Origin: an uncultured Spirochaetota bacterium
GTDB taxonomy: Bacteria > Spirochaetota > Spirochaetia > SZUA-6 > CAVTHK01
Direction of reading: 5' to 3'
Assembly: GCA_963734495.1 (NCBI GenBank)
Contig: CAVTHK010000011.1
Coordinates: 1 to 64,000 of the forward strand
Length of the DNA stretch: 64,000 nt
This document shows positions 30,401-39,237 of the stretch, piece after piece. Every line of letters begins with the position of its first letter. The stretch's first letter is position 1. A program made the position numbers and the translations under genes. Below the pieces are notes generated by a model. That model was not told where the DNA came from. It made no database searches and saw nothing but the letters and a program-made list of their open reading frames with translations.

Positions 30401-32038
30401 TACCCTTTGAACACGGCCCTCCTGGAAGACGGCACCCATGCGATCCAGATCAGCGTCGTCGACAAGACCGGGACGTCTGCCCTCTACTCCGCGCTCGTCG
30501 CCGTCGACAACACGCCGCCCGAGCTGGCGCTGAGCTCGGTGGCGGACGGCGACCTGGTCGCCGGCAGCCTGCTCCTGGACGGCAGGGCGGGCGACGCGCG
30601 GCTCGCTCTCCTGCGATACCGGATAAGGCCGCTTGACAACGCGTCGGCGAAGCCGCTGCTTTCCGGCGAATTGCCCCCCGCGGGCGTGTTCTCGCAGCGC
30701 CTGGACGTGAGCGCGCTCAACCCCGGGTCGTACAACCTCCAGCTCGATGCCGTCGACGCAGCCAGGAACACGACGTCGCTCTCGCGCAACTTCGTAGTGC
30801 AGCTCAAGGGCGAAGAATCGGGGATCGAGATTCTCTTCCCCGCCGACGGCGAGAAGCTCGCCGGCGCCTTCGCGGTCGACGGGCGTGTCCGCGGCGGGAC
30901 CGTGGAAGGCGAGTTGACGCTGCTGGTGGACGGAACCCCGGCGGGAACTGCGCCGGCGAGGGACGGTGGCTGGTTCGCGGTGCCCCTGGCCGCCGGCGCG
31001 CTCGCCGACGGGCCGCACCGGATCGTCGCCCGGGCCGCGCTGGCAGGCGGGCGCACGGTCGAGTCGGCTTCCCGCAGCGTCGAGTATGCGGCCGTCGGAC
31101 CGTGGCTCTCGTTCTCCGAGCTCCGCAGCGGCGACTACGTGAGCGGCCGAGAGACGCTCAGCGGCAAGGCCGGCTACTTTGCGGGCCCCGATGCTCCCCA
31201 GGGCAAGGAGCGCAGCAAGAGCCTCGAGGTGACCCACGTCGAGCTGAGCTTCGACAACGGGAGAAGCTTCGTGCCGGTCAAGGGCGCGGGCGAGTGGCGC
31301 TACCGCCTCGACACGAGCCTCCTCGCAGACGGCGACCTGCTGATCCTGGCCCGCGCGCGTTGCACCAACGGGGAGCAGGCGGTGCGCAAGGTTCTCGTGA
31401 ACGTGGACGACACCCCACCCGACGTGCGCCTCGCCACGCCGTCCGAGGACGCCCGCTTCAACGCTTCGGTCGCCATGGCAGGCACCGCCTCCGACGAGAA
31501 CGGCCTGCAGGAGGTGACGGCCAGCCTGCGCGAGGGGGGCAAGGGCCGCTACCAGGTGCCGGGCTTCGTGCAGGGGCTCTACCTGGATGCGCACGCCCTC
31601 GGGGCGACCTACGGCGACCTCGGCTTCGGGTTCACGTTCTTCGATGACAACGTGCGGCTGCAGGTGCAGATCGGGGCATCGCCTTCGGGCCGGTTCTCGG
31701 GCCTGGTGGTCGGGACAAAGCTTCTGGCCAACATACTCAGCCTGCCGTTCAGCTACTGGTTCGGGCCCTCGTGGGACTTCTTCTCGATGTCCTTTGCCGT
31801 GGGGGCCAACTTCTCGTACTTTTCGATGAGCGAAGAGTCGTTCGGCTTCACGACCGATGGACTCGTGCTGGCAGCTATCGTGGTCCAGTGGGAGATGGCC
31901 CGGTTCGAAATCCGGGACCTTCCGATGCTCTCTTTCGTCGCTCTCTACACCGAGGGGAACTTCTGGTTCATCTCGTCGGACATCTCTGGAGGCATCGAGC
32001 CGCGGCTCTGCTTCGGTGTGCGCATGGGGCTGTTCTGA
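27458..32038 (+). CDS. Secreted Ig-like repeat protein with predicted C-terminal outer-membrane beta-barrel (1526 aa)
   Basis: Signal peptide and about a dozen Ig-like modules; the last ~160 aa are aromatic amphipathic strands ending FGVRMGLF. Confidence 0.8.
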   Translation: MTKRNVFAALVAAAMAVRAWPFGSAETGDYKPVEGKENWTQGVDTKALKEGTYNVIVRAVDRAGNVSYGGPIDIRIDPDSDLPLVNVSNPTQGMRVGNNLNVLGTCVDDDAVERVEVRVDGGDAVAAQGREYWSYYLNVGGLEDGLHRIAVQGFDTNGLAGKPFEVSFHLDKRGPALRVESHKNGVLLNSRAVVSGVAEDRNGVADVSLSRDNRKTWEQLRIDAARTGVTAAFRFEIDTTRLEAGPHVYWLRATDKTGSQEPLAFLFFVDNEPPKLQILSPAEDAPASGSLTAIGTVADDVGVRSLAYSVSGGPEQPVALTPGNRYWVQNIPLSGDRSTTVTFTAEDLTGNKTRVTRKVTVDAQADLPVVKLASPTAGASLPGPVALVGSVRDNDDVKGIEISVDGGAPRSVETREAFVVDLEPLQPGTHRIVVRGIDVGGKRGPEARVEFAKAAPAPRVDLVSLIVGEDSRAFAPGLVVPAGTAARLIAAASAGAGALDVQVGAGAARRVAAAERFEIALPKDQPPGRVDVVIRAVGSEAPLCASFLYKGQVSDPPGLILADARIVDGRANVAEDRPLRLFVAGAQATSAETEPRSERISVSVSGSIVTVTPRGGGSPEPFRVRVTTDSGTSLVSEPLTVVSDFETPRIAVSEPSTGSWIRDTVKLTGTVAESGGLKSLEVSAGGADAFRPLEFKRTAEGASFDQTLTPAVGDGPLVLSVRARDLAGHEAVTQIALSKDTAAPTLSVVAPGPSDSVEGTITLTGLAADAGVLDRIEFSDDGKKFVAVEGGRVFRHDIDLAAYKKLPDAFAIRATDRAGNAATLPVVLSVDQSRDRPVVEIQIPEQGAVLRSDFAVSGMAFDDDGVRAVVYRLDGGDPVRLEAQGSFSIPLSLASLSDNEHKIEVKAEDIRGVTGEPVSVAIVVSTAEPAAALARPKPGETVRGRVLLEGNAEDGNGIRSIAVSFDNGNTFNQAEGAEKWSYPLNTALLEDGTHAIQISVVDKTGTSALYSALVAVDNTPPELALSSVADGDLVAGSLLLDGRAGDARLALLRYRIRPLDNASAKPLLSGELPPAGVFSQRLDVSALNPGSYNLQLDAVDAARNTTSLSRNFVVQLKGEESGIEILFPADGEKLAGAFAVDGRVRGGTVEGELTLLVDGTPAGTAPARDGGWFAVPLAAGALADGPHRIVARAALAGGRTVESASRSVEYAAVGPWLSFSELRSGDYVSGRETLSGKAGYFAGPDAPQGKERSKSLEVTHVELSFDNGRSFVPVKGAGEWRYRLDTSLLADGDLLILARARCTNGEQAVRKVLVNVDDTPPDVRLATPSEDARFNASVAMAGTASDENGLQEVTASLREGGKGRYQVPGFVQGLYLDAHALGATYGDLGFGFTFFDDNVRLQVQIGASPSGRFSGLVVGTKLLANILSLPFSYWFGPSWDFFSMSFAVGANFSYFSMSEESFGFTTDGLVLAAIVVQWEMARFEIRDLPMLSFVALYTEGNFWFISSDISGGIEPRLCFGVRMGLF

Positions 32039-32077
32039 CCACGCGTCGGGGCCTTCGCCCGGCAGTCGCCGCCGGCC

Positions 32078-33040
32078 TCAGCCCGCCTCGGTGCGGTCGC
32101 GGCCGCTCTCCTTGGCTCTGTAGAGCGCCTTGTCCGCCTTCTCCTTGAGCTCCTCCAGCGTGCGGGCGTGGGCCGGGTAGACCGCGACGCCGAGGCTGCA
32201 GGTCAGCCGGAGGTCGGGATGCTCGGCGAAGCGCAGGCGGCGCACCTCGTCGTTGACCGCGCGGCAGCGCTCGACCGCGGCCGCGGCGTCGCGTCCCGGC
32301 AGGATAAAGGCGAACTCGTCGCCGCCGTAGCGGACCAGGATGTCGGTCGCCGCGAAGGCGCGGCGAAAAATCCCCGCCGCCTCGACGATCAGCCGGTCGC
32401 AGAACGCCGTTCCGAAGGTCCTGTTGAGGTCGCCGAAACGATCGAGGTCGAACATGGCGAGCGCGAGCGTCGACCTCTCGAGCTCCGCGCGGCGGACGAT
32501 GCCGCCGAGCGACTCGTCGTAGAACCTGCGGTTGAAAAGCCCGGTGGCCTCGTCGGTGATGGCGCGCTTGCGCGCCCCCTCGCCCCATTTGACCATCTGG
32601 GACAACAGAGAGCCGGTGTTCCCGAGCCTCGTCGCGGTGATGGTGCCCATCCGCCGCAGGATCGCCGCGGCGGCCTGCGGCCGGCTCGCGATCAGCTCGA
32701 GGAAGTCATTGGCGGCGAGCGCGAGCAGCTCGCAGTCCGCGATCGCGCGGCAGGTCGCCGAGCGCGCCGCCTGCTCGATGATCGACATCTCCCCGAGAAA
32801 GCCACCCGCCCCGATCTCGCTCAGCGTGATCTCGGCGCCGTCGGGAGTCTTGACCGTGACCGCCATGCTGCCCGAGAGGATGACGTAGAGCTCGTCGCCC
32901 GGGTCGCCCTCGCTGAACAGGGTCGCTCCCTTGCGGAGCGTGCGCAGCTGCATGCGCCGGGCGACCTGGGCCCGCTCGGCGGCGGGCAGGTCCGTGAAGA
33001 TCCCGATCCCGCGCAGCGCCGTCCCGCCTCCGGCCTTCAT
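32078..33040 (-). CDS. cNMP-binding + GGDEF protein (GGDEF intact)
   Basis: LFSEGDPGD, FLGEMS...RSAT; DEATGLFNRR, FDLDRF, RYGGDEF, ADKALYRAK. Confidence 0.92.
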   Translation of the reverse strand: MKAGGGTALRGIGIFTDLPAAERAQVARRMQLRTLRKGATLFSEGDPGDELYVILSGSMAVTVKTPDGAEITLSEIGAGGFLGEMSIIEQAARSATCRAIADCELLALAANDFLELIASRPQAAAAILRRMGTITATRLGNTGSLLSQMVKWGEGARKRAITDEATGLFNRRFYDESLGGIVRRAELERSTLALAMFDLDRFGDLNRTFGTAFCDRLIVEAAGIFRRAFAATDILVRYGGDEFAFILPGRDAAAAVERCRAVNDEVRRLRFAEHPDLRLTCSLGVAVYPAHARTLEELKEKADKALYRAKESGRDRTEAG

Positions 33041-33999
33041 CGGGCATCCTCGGGGAACAGGATCGCGCCGCCGCCCTTCTGCCGCCCGAGCAGCGGAAGC
33101 CCGACCGCGGCTGCGATCAGCGCCTCACCGCTCGCTCCGTGCTCCGGAAACAGCGCCACGCCGAAGCTGGTGGAAAGGCGCACCTGCGTGGCCCCGACGA
33201 TCGGCGAGAGGTCGAGGCGCTCCAGGGCCGCCCGGATCTCCTCCGCCCGCCGCAGCGAGGCCGCGCGGTCCGAGAGCGGAAGGACCGCGGCGAACTCGTT
33301 GCCGGTGTAGCGCGCCGCCGCCTCGGTGTCGCGCAGGTGGCGGCTGAGCTCGGTGGCCATCAGGCGCAGCACCGCGTCGCCGGCCTCGTGGCCCCAGGTG
33401 TCGTTGATGAGCTTGAAGTTGTCGGGCTTGAGCATCAGCAGCGCCACGGGCCCCTCGCCCTTGAACCAGTCGGACAGCTTTTCCTCGAGGAAGGCCTTGT
33501 TGTAAAGCCCGGTGAGCTTGTCCCCGTAGACCTGGCGCCGGGCCTCCTGGACCCAGGGGGAGTTCTCCTTGATGAGCGCATTGGCGTTGCGGATGCGGCC
33601 CGCGATGACGCGCAGCGACGCGAACAGCAGCGCGGCGAGGACCGCGGGCTCGCCCTCGAACGCGGCGTCGAAGCGGACGCCCCTGGCCGGGAAACGCACG
33701 ACGACCGCATCGCCGCCCGCGATGGCCGTCGCGTCGCGCGGCGTCTGGTCGAGGAGGTCGAGCTCGCCGAAGGTGTCGCCCGCCACCAGCTCGGCGATCA
33801 CCGAAGCCTCGCCCTCGTCGCCGCGGTTCACGATCCGGACCGTCCCCTCGACGACGACGAACAGCGCGTCGCCCGGATCGTCCCGGTCGAAGATGGTCTC
33901 ACCCGCGCCGTAGGCATGGAGACGGCTGCGCTCGGCGATGGCCTTGAGCTCGCCGAGGCTCATCGTGGCGAAGACCTCGGACCTGCGGAGCGCCGACAT
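33037..33999 (-). CDS. cNMP-binding + degenerate GGDEF protein (TGNEF)
   Basis: FGELDLL...RDAT; DKLTGLYN, KPDNFKLINDTWGHEAGD, RYTGNEF; ATGA overlap with its paralog. Confidence 0.88.
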   Translation of the reverse strand: MSALRRSEVFATMSLGELKAIAERSRLHAYGAGETIFDRDDPGDALFVVVEGTVRIVNRGDEGEASVIAELVAGDTFGELDLLDQTPRDATAIAGGDAVVVRFPARGVRFDAAFEGEPAVLAALLFASLRVIAGRIRNANALIKENSPWVQEARRQVYGDKLTGLYNKAFLEEKLSDWFKGEGPVALLMLKPDNFKLINDTWGHEAGDAVLRLMATELSRHLRDTEAAARYTGNEFAAVLPLSDRAASLRRAEEIRAALERLDLSPIVGATQVRLSTSFGVALFPEHGASGEALIAAAVGLPLLGRQKGGGAILFPEDAR

Positions 34000-34153
34000 T
34001 CTCGCTCCGGTGGAGGCGGCCCGGCCCGTCAGCATCCGGCCCGGCCGCGGCCTGGCGGCAGCGCGCGTCTTCACGGCAGTAGACCTTGGAAAAACATACC
34101 CGACCTTGGGCGGGAGCACAAACGCGGTCGAGCGCTCGATCGACCCGCGCAGC

Positions 34154-35158
34154 TCACCGGCTGCTCACGCGCAGGCGCTGCAGCTCGGGCTTTCCCTGCA
34201 GGAGGTGGTTGCGCAGCGCCTCCTGGTAGGCGGTCGAGCCGTCCTTGCCCCGGATCGAGGGATCGGCGCCGGCGTCAAGGAGGAGAGCGACGACGGCGGG
34301 GGTGTTCGTCGCGGCCGCGTACATGAGCGCCGTCATGCCCTGCGCGTCGCGGGCGTCGATCTTCGCGCCCGCCTGGAGCAGCGCCCTGAAGATGCCCGCG
34401 TTCCCGTTCCACCGCGCGGCGTCCATCAGGGGAGTGGAGCCGCCGGACCCTTCGACCCTGGCCCCGGCCGCCAGGATGATGCGGATGACCTCGGGGTTCG
34501 CGTTCCTGGTCGCGGCCATCGAGAGCGTCGCCGGCCCTTCGATTCCGGCGTCGTCGATCACGGCCCCGGCGGCCAGGAGGATCCTGACGATGTCGGCGCT
34601 CGCGTCCGACATGGGTTTCGTCGTGAGGGGCGGCGACCAGACCGCATAGGTCAGGGCGGTCCAGCCCCTGGTCGTCTTCGCGACGATGACCGCTCCGGCC
34701 GCGAGCAGCGCGCGGACCGCCGCGGGGTTCTTGTCGGCGGCCGCGGCCATGAGCGGCGTGTACCCCTCGGCCGTCCCCGCGTTGACTCGACCGCCCGCCG
34801 CGATGAGCGCCTTGAGCACATCCGGGTTCTTGTTTCGGCCCGCGGCCGCCGTCATCGCGGTGTAGCCCGAGCCGTTGTCCTCGTCCATGAGCGAGCCGGC
34901 CTCGAGAAGCACCCTCACGACCTCGGGGTCGGGGTTGCTTTCCGCTGCGGCGATCAGCGGCGTCTGGTGGAAGAAATTGCGTTCGCCGAGCGACGCCCCG
35001 GCCTTGAGCGCAGCCCGGATCTCCTCGGGCTTGCCGCTCCTGGCCAGGTCGACGAGCTTTCCTTTCGATGTTTGCGCGCAAACGACCGACGCGGCGAGCG
35101 CGAAGGCCGCCACGACGCGAAACGTTGAATTGTTCAGGAGAGACCTCCCCCGCCCCAC
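34154..35158 (-). CDS. Secreted ankyrin-repeat protein
   Basis: Repeated TPLxxAA..N.NPxVxxxLLxAGA units; hydrophobic signal VVAAFALAASVVCAQ. Start uncertain. Confidence 0.9.
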   Translation of the reverse strand: MGRGRSLLNNSTFRVVAAFALAASVVCAQTSKGKLVDLARSGKPEEIRAALKAGASLGERNFFHQTPLIAAAESNPDPEVVRVLLEAGSLMDEDNGSGYTAMTAAAGRNKNPDVLKALIAAGGRVNAGTAEGYTPLMAAAADKNPAAVRALLAAGAVIVAKTTRGWTALTYAVWSPPLTTKPMSDASADIVRILLAAGAVIDDAGIEGPATLSMAATRNANPEVIRIILAAGARVEGSGGSTPLMDAARWNGNAGIFRALLQAGAKIDARDAQGMTALMYAAATNTPAVVALLLDAGADPSIRGKDGSTAYQEALRNHLLQGKPELQRLRVSSR

Positions 35159-35245
35159 AGCCTATCCCGCCGCAGGCGTCCGGACAAGACGCCGGTCGCC
35201 GCGCGGGTCGCCGCTGCGGCGGAGCCAGTCGCGCCCCCGCCGTGG

Positions 35246-36346
35246 CTACTCCTTGTGCCGCGCGATCCAGGCCTCGTCCCAGTGGATGCCGAGGCCGGGG
35301 TCGTCGCTCATGTGGATCATCCCGTCGCGAAAATCGGGCGGCCCCATCATCTCGTTGCTGTGGGCGGTCGGGTAGTGCTCCGTGATGAGGCCGTTGGACA
35401 CCGCGGCGACGCAGGCGCAGCCGACGGGCGCGTTGCCGTGAGGAGCCATCGGCAGGTGGTGCGCCGCGGCGATCGCCGCGATCTTGAGCCACTCGCTGAT
35501 GCCCCCGCAGTCGTTCGGATCCGCCTGCACGATCTCGGCCCCGCCGCGCTCGATGAGGTCGCGGAAGCCGTAGCGGGTCTGCTCGTTCTCCCCGCTCGCC
35601 ACCGGCACGTCGAGCGCCGCCGCCACCTTGACCGCGCCCTCGATGTCGTCGGCATGCACCGGCTCCTCGAACCAGTAGGGCTCGGTGTCCTCGACCATGC
35701 GGCCGAAGCGGATCGCGGTGGACGCGTCCCAGGCGTTGTTCGCGTCGATCATCAGCTCGACGGCGGGCCCCACCGCCTTGCGCGCCGCGCGCACGCGCTC
35801 GGCATCCTCGCGCAGCGAGATGCCGCTCCAGCCCACCTTCATCTTGACGGCCCGGAACCCCTCCGACGCGTAGCTTTCCAGCTCGCGGGCGAGCTCGGGC
35901 AGACCCTTGCCCTCGCCGTAGTACCCGCCGGCCGCGTAGACCTTCACCTTTGATTGTGCCCCGCCGGTGAGCTTCCAGACCGGCTGGCCGAGCGCCTTCC
36001 CCTTGAGGTCCCAGAGCGCGTTGTCGACGACGCTCATGGCCGCCACGAAGCCGCCCTTGTGGATGGGCTTGCGCGTGCCGCCCATGTAGAGCAGCTGCCA
36101 GAGCTCTTCGGTGCGGAGCGGGTCCCGGCCCAGGAGCTTGGCCCTGATCGGGCCCTCGACGTCGCGCTTTGCGCCGGCGCCGCACGGCGCCATGCCGACG
36201 ATCCCCGCGTCGGTCGCGATCTCGACGCGGCCGCGGTCCTGTTTTTCGGTCAGGATGATCGAATTCCAGAACGGCTTGTCGAGCTTGACGGTCCGGAGCG
36301 CCGTGACCCTGATGTCCGTGATCTTCATGGCCTCAAGTGATGCCAT
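35246..36346 (-). CDS. Mandelate racemase/muconate lactonizing enzyme family
   Basis: DNALWDLKGK, KMKVG, IDAN, WFEEP, SGENE, APH. Confidence 0.93.
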   Translation of the reverse strand: MASLEAMKITDIRVTALRTVKLDKPFWNSIILTEKQDRGRVEIATDAGIVGMAPCGAGAKRDVEGPIRAKLLGRDPLRTEELWQLLYMGGTRKPIHKGGFVAAMSVVDNALWDLKGKALGQPVWKLTGGAQSKVKVYAAGGYYGEGKGLPELARELESYASEGFRAVKMKVGWSGISLREDAERVRAARKAVGPAVELMIDANNAWDASTAIRFGRMVEDTEPYWFEEPVHADDIEGAVKVAAALDVPVASGENEQTRYGFRDLIERGGAEIVQADPNDCGGISEWLKIAAIAAAHHLPMAPHGNAPVGCACVAAVSNGLITEHYPTAHSNEMMGPPDFRDGMIHMSDDPGLGIHWDEAWIARHKE

Positions 36347-36499
36347 CTCCACGCCTCCGTGTCGAGCCCCGGGGGCGCGGATCACTCATTGAAGAAGGCC
36401 GCCGCCGGCGGTTCCGCCGGCTCTCGCGGCGCCGCGCGAGGGGCAGGCGCGACAGCCGCCCGTCGTGCTACACTGCGGCATCGTTCCGGCGGAGGCGGC

Positions 36500-37519
36500 A
36501 TGAACCCGAGACGGCAGTGGTGGGACAGCGCCAGGGAGGCGGCCCTCGATCCCTCGCGTCCCATCGTGGACCCTCACCATCATCTGTGGAAGGCGAGCCG
36601 CTGGGGCGAATACCTGCTCGACGACCTCGCCGCGGATACCGGCGGCGGGCACAACGTCGTGCAGACCGTCTTCGTGGAGTGCGACTCCCAGTACCGCGCG
36701 TCCGGACCCGAAGCATCGAGGCCGGTGGGCGAGACGGACTTCGTCGCGGCCGCCGCGGCGGAGACCGCGCTGGCCCCGGCGGGCCGGGGCGCCCGCATTG
36801 CCGCGATCGTCGGCCACGCGGACCTGACGCTCGGGTCGCGGGTCGAGGAGGTGCTCGCCGCGCACATCGAGGCGGGCCGCGGGCTGTTCCGCGGGATACG
36901 CCACCGGGCGGCCTGGGACGCGAGCATGGCCGTCGGCCGCGAAGGCCGCGAGCATCTCTATGCGGACAAGAGCTTCCGCGAGGGCTTCGCTCGCCTCGCG
37001 GAGATGGGCCTGAGCTTCGACGCGTGGAACTTTCACCCGCAGATCCCGGAGCTCGCGGCGCTCGCGCGCTCCTTTCCCGCGACCGCGATCGTGCAGAACC
37101 ATCTCGGCGGGCCGCTCGGCATCGGCCCTTACGCGGGCAGGCACGCCGAGGTGCTGGAGCAATGGTCGCGGAACATGGCGGAGCTCGCCTCCTGCTCCAA
37201 TGTCGTGTTGAAGATAGGCGGGCTCGGGATGCGCGTCTCGGGCTACGGCTGGAACGCGCGCGAGCGGCCCGCGAGCTCCGACGAGCTCGCCGCCGCGTAC
37301 GCGCCGTACCTGGAGCGCGCCCTCGCGGCCTTCGGCGCGGACCGCTGCATGTTCGAGAGCAACTACCCCGTCGACGGCGAGTCCGCGGGCTACGTGGTCA
37401 TCTGGAACGGCTACAAGAAGGCGGCCGCTTCCCTGTCGGAGACGGAGAAGGACGCTCTGTTCCGCGGCACGGCCGCCAGGGTGTACCGGCTCGCCGGCGG
37501 ACCGGGAGGCGGAACATGA
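36500..37519 (+). CDS. Amidohydrolase 2 family (sugar lactonase-like)
   Basis: IVDPHHHLW, RGIRH, NHLGGP, CMFESNYPVD. Confidence 0.9.
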   Translation: MNPRRQWWDSAREAALDPSRPIVDPHHHLWKASRWGEYLLDDLAADTGGGHNVVQTVFVECDSQYRASGPEASRPVGETDFVAAAAAETALAPAGRGARIAAIVGHADLTLGSRVEEVLAAHIEAGRGLFRGIRHRAAWDASMAVGREGREHLYADKSFREGFARLAEMGLSFDAWNFHPQIPELAALARSFPATAIVQNHLGGPLGIGPYAGRHAEVLEQWSRNMAELASCSNVVLKIGGLGMRVSGYGWNARERPASSDELAAAYAPYLERALAAFGADRCMFESNYPVDGESAGYVVIWNGYKKAAASLSETEKDALFRGTAARVYRLAGGPGGGT

Positions 37520-38022
37520 AGCCTGCCACGATCCTCGCGCTGCCGGCGATCCTCCTGCTCGGCTCGTGCAAGTCGCCGATCCCGCACCTCGTCTGGCCCC
37601 AGAAGGACCTCGCGCCGGCGGAGTACAACGACCCGTCCCTCTCGCGCCGTCTGCTGGTTGCATCCAGGAGCACCGACTTCAAGGCCGAGGTCGTGCGACG
37701 GCTTGCGGACGACCTGCGCGGCGACCAGGTCTACATCCGGCAGGTCGGGGTGAACCAGCTCCGTCACGCCGCCGCAAACCAGTACCAGGCCGTCGTGATC
37801 GTCAGCACGACGATGGCCCGGACGCTGGACCCGAAGGTCACGGCGTTTCTGGAGAAGGTGCGCGACAAGTCGCGCGTCATCCTGGTCACGACCTCGAGGC
37901 GCGGAGCGTGGCTTCCGGACAAGGGCGCCTACGACGCGCTCTCCGCAGCGTCGCGGATGGACGACGCGCAGCGCATCGCTGCGGAGGCTGCCGCGGCGGT
38001 GCGCCGCCGCCTCGCGCCGTAG
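37516..38022 (+). CDS. Putative lipoprotein, flavodoxin-like fold
   Basis: MKPATILALPAILLLGS-C lipobox; GGAGG RBS; ATGA overlap. Confidence 0.7.
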   Translation: MKPATILALPAILLLGSCKSPIPHLVWPQKDLAPAEYNDPSLSRRLLVASRSTDFKAEVVRRLADDLRGDQVYIRQVGVNQLRHAAANQYQAVVIVSTTMARTLDPKVTAFLEKVRDKSRVILVTTSRRGAWLPDKGAYDALSAASRMDDAQRIAAEAAAAVRRRLAP

Positions 38023-38128
38023 CGCGCCGCGGCCCGCGCGAAGCGGCGGGCAGGCGTCGCGCCGACGCTCGCGACGAGCTCGAGGCCATTCCGGCCGGCG
38101 TGCCGGCCGACATACGGGGAGGAGCCCT

Positions 38129-39085
38129 TTGAAGTTCAGAGTCTGGCTGGAGATCCCGGTCATCGAGCCGGAGAGGCGGCGGCTGGCGGAGCACGCCGAG
38201 ATCGTAGACGACAAGGCGCTGGAAAAGGCCAGGGGAGTCCACGCGGCGATCCTCTCGGCGCGGCCCGATGCGAACGGCGCGTTCATGGACGCGATCGGAC
38301 CGGAGCTCACGCTACTGGTCCGCCACGGCATCGGCTACGACAACGTGAACGTCGCGGACGCCACGGCGCGCGGGATCCTCGTCGCGAACACCCCCGACGC
38401 GCCCACCGAGTCGACGGCGGAGCACAGCGTGATGCTGATCATGGCGGCTTCGCGCATGCTGATCGTCGCGGACCGGAAGGTCCACGGCGCGAACATCGAG
38501 CAGAAGCGGATGCAGGGGCTGGAGCTCAAGGGAAAGACGCTCGGGATCGTGGGCTTCGGCCGCATAGGCAAGCGCGTGGCGGAGATCTGCGGCCCCGGCC
38601 TCAAGATGAAGGTGCTCGCCTACGACCCCTTCGTGAAGGGGCGGCAGGCGAACGCGACCCTCGTCCCGACCCTGGAGGGGATGCTCGAGGCGGCCGACGT
38701 CGTTTCCGTCAACTGCGCGCTCACGAGCGAGACGCGCCTGATGATGAACGAAGCGAGGCTGCGGCGCATGAAGAAGGGCGCGGTGCTCGTCAACGCGAGC
38801 CGCGGCCCCGTGGTCGACGAGGACGCGCTGCTGCGAGTGCTCAAGGACGGGCACCTGGCCGGCGCGGGGCTGGACGTCTTCCACGTCGAGCCTCCGCTCG
38901 CCACTCACCCGCTGTTCGCGCTGGACAACGTGGTGGCGACTCCCCACATCGCGTCCTACACCGACGGCGGCCTGCAGGCCATGGGGCGCGGCTCGGTGGA
39001 CCAGGTGCTGCAGGTCATCCGCGGCGAGAAGCCCGGCAACCTGCTGAACCCCGAGGCGTGGCCCGGCCGCGCGGGCAGGAAGTAG
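38129..39085 (+). CDS. D-isomer-specific 2-hydroxyacid dehydrogenase (SerA-like)
   Basis: RHGIGYDNV, GFGRIG, NASRG, GLDVFHVEP, TPHIAS. Confidence 0.92.
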   Translation: MKFRVWLEIPVIEPERRRLAEHAEIVDDKALEKARGVHAAILSARPDANGAFMDAIGPELTLLVRHGIGYDNVNVADATARGILVANTPDAPTESTAEHSVMLIMAASRMLIVADRKVHGANIEQKRMQGLELKGKTLGIVGFGRIGKRVAEICGPGLKMKVLAYDPFVKGRQANATLVPTLEGMLEAADVVSVNCALTSETRLMMNEARLRRMKKGAVLVNASRGPVVDEDALLRVLKDGHLAGAGLDVFHVEPPLATHPLFALDNVVATPHIASYTDGGLQAMGRGSVDQVLQVIRGEKPGNLLNPEAWPGRAGRK

Positions 39086-39237
39086 GCGCGGCGCGCGCTC
39101 AAGCTCTACGACGCCGCTGTTGCGGCCGGGCCTCGCCTGCGGACAAAGAAAGCCGCGAACAGGGCCGCGGAGGCGCAGGCGGCGGCGAGTCGCCTGCTGC
39201 CAGGCTGGCCGTCGTTCCGCAGAGGGAGAATTTCGCC

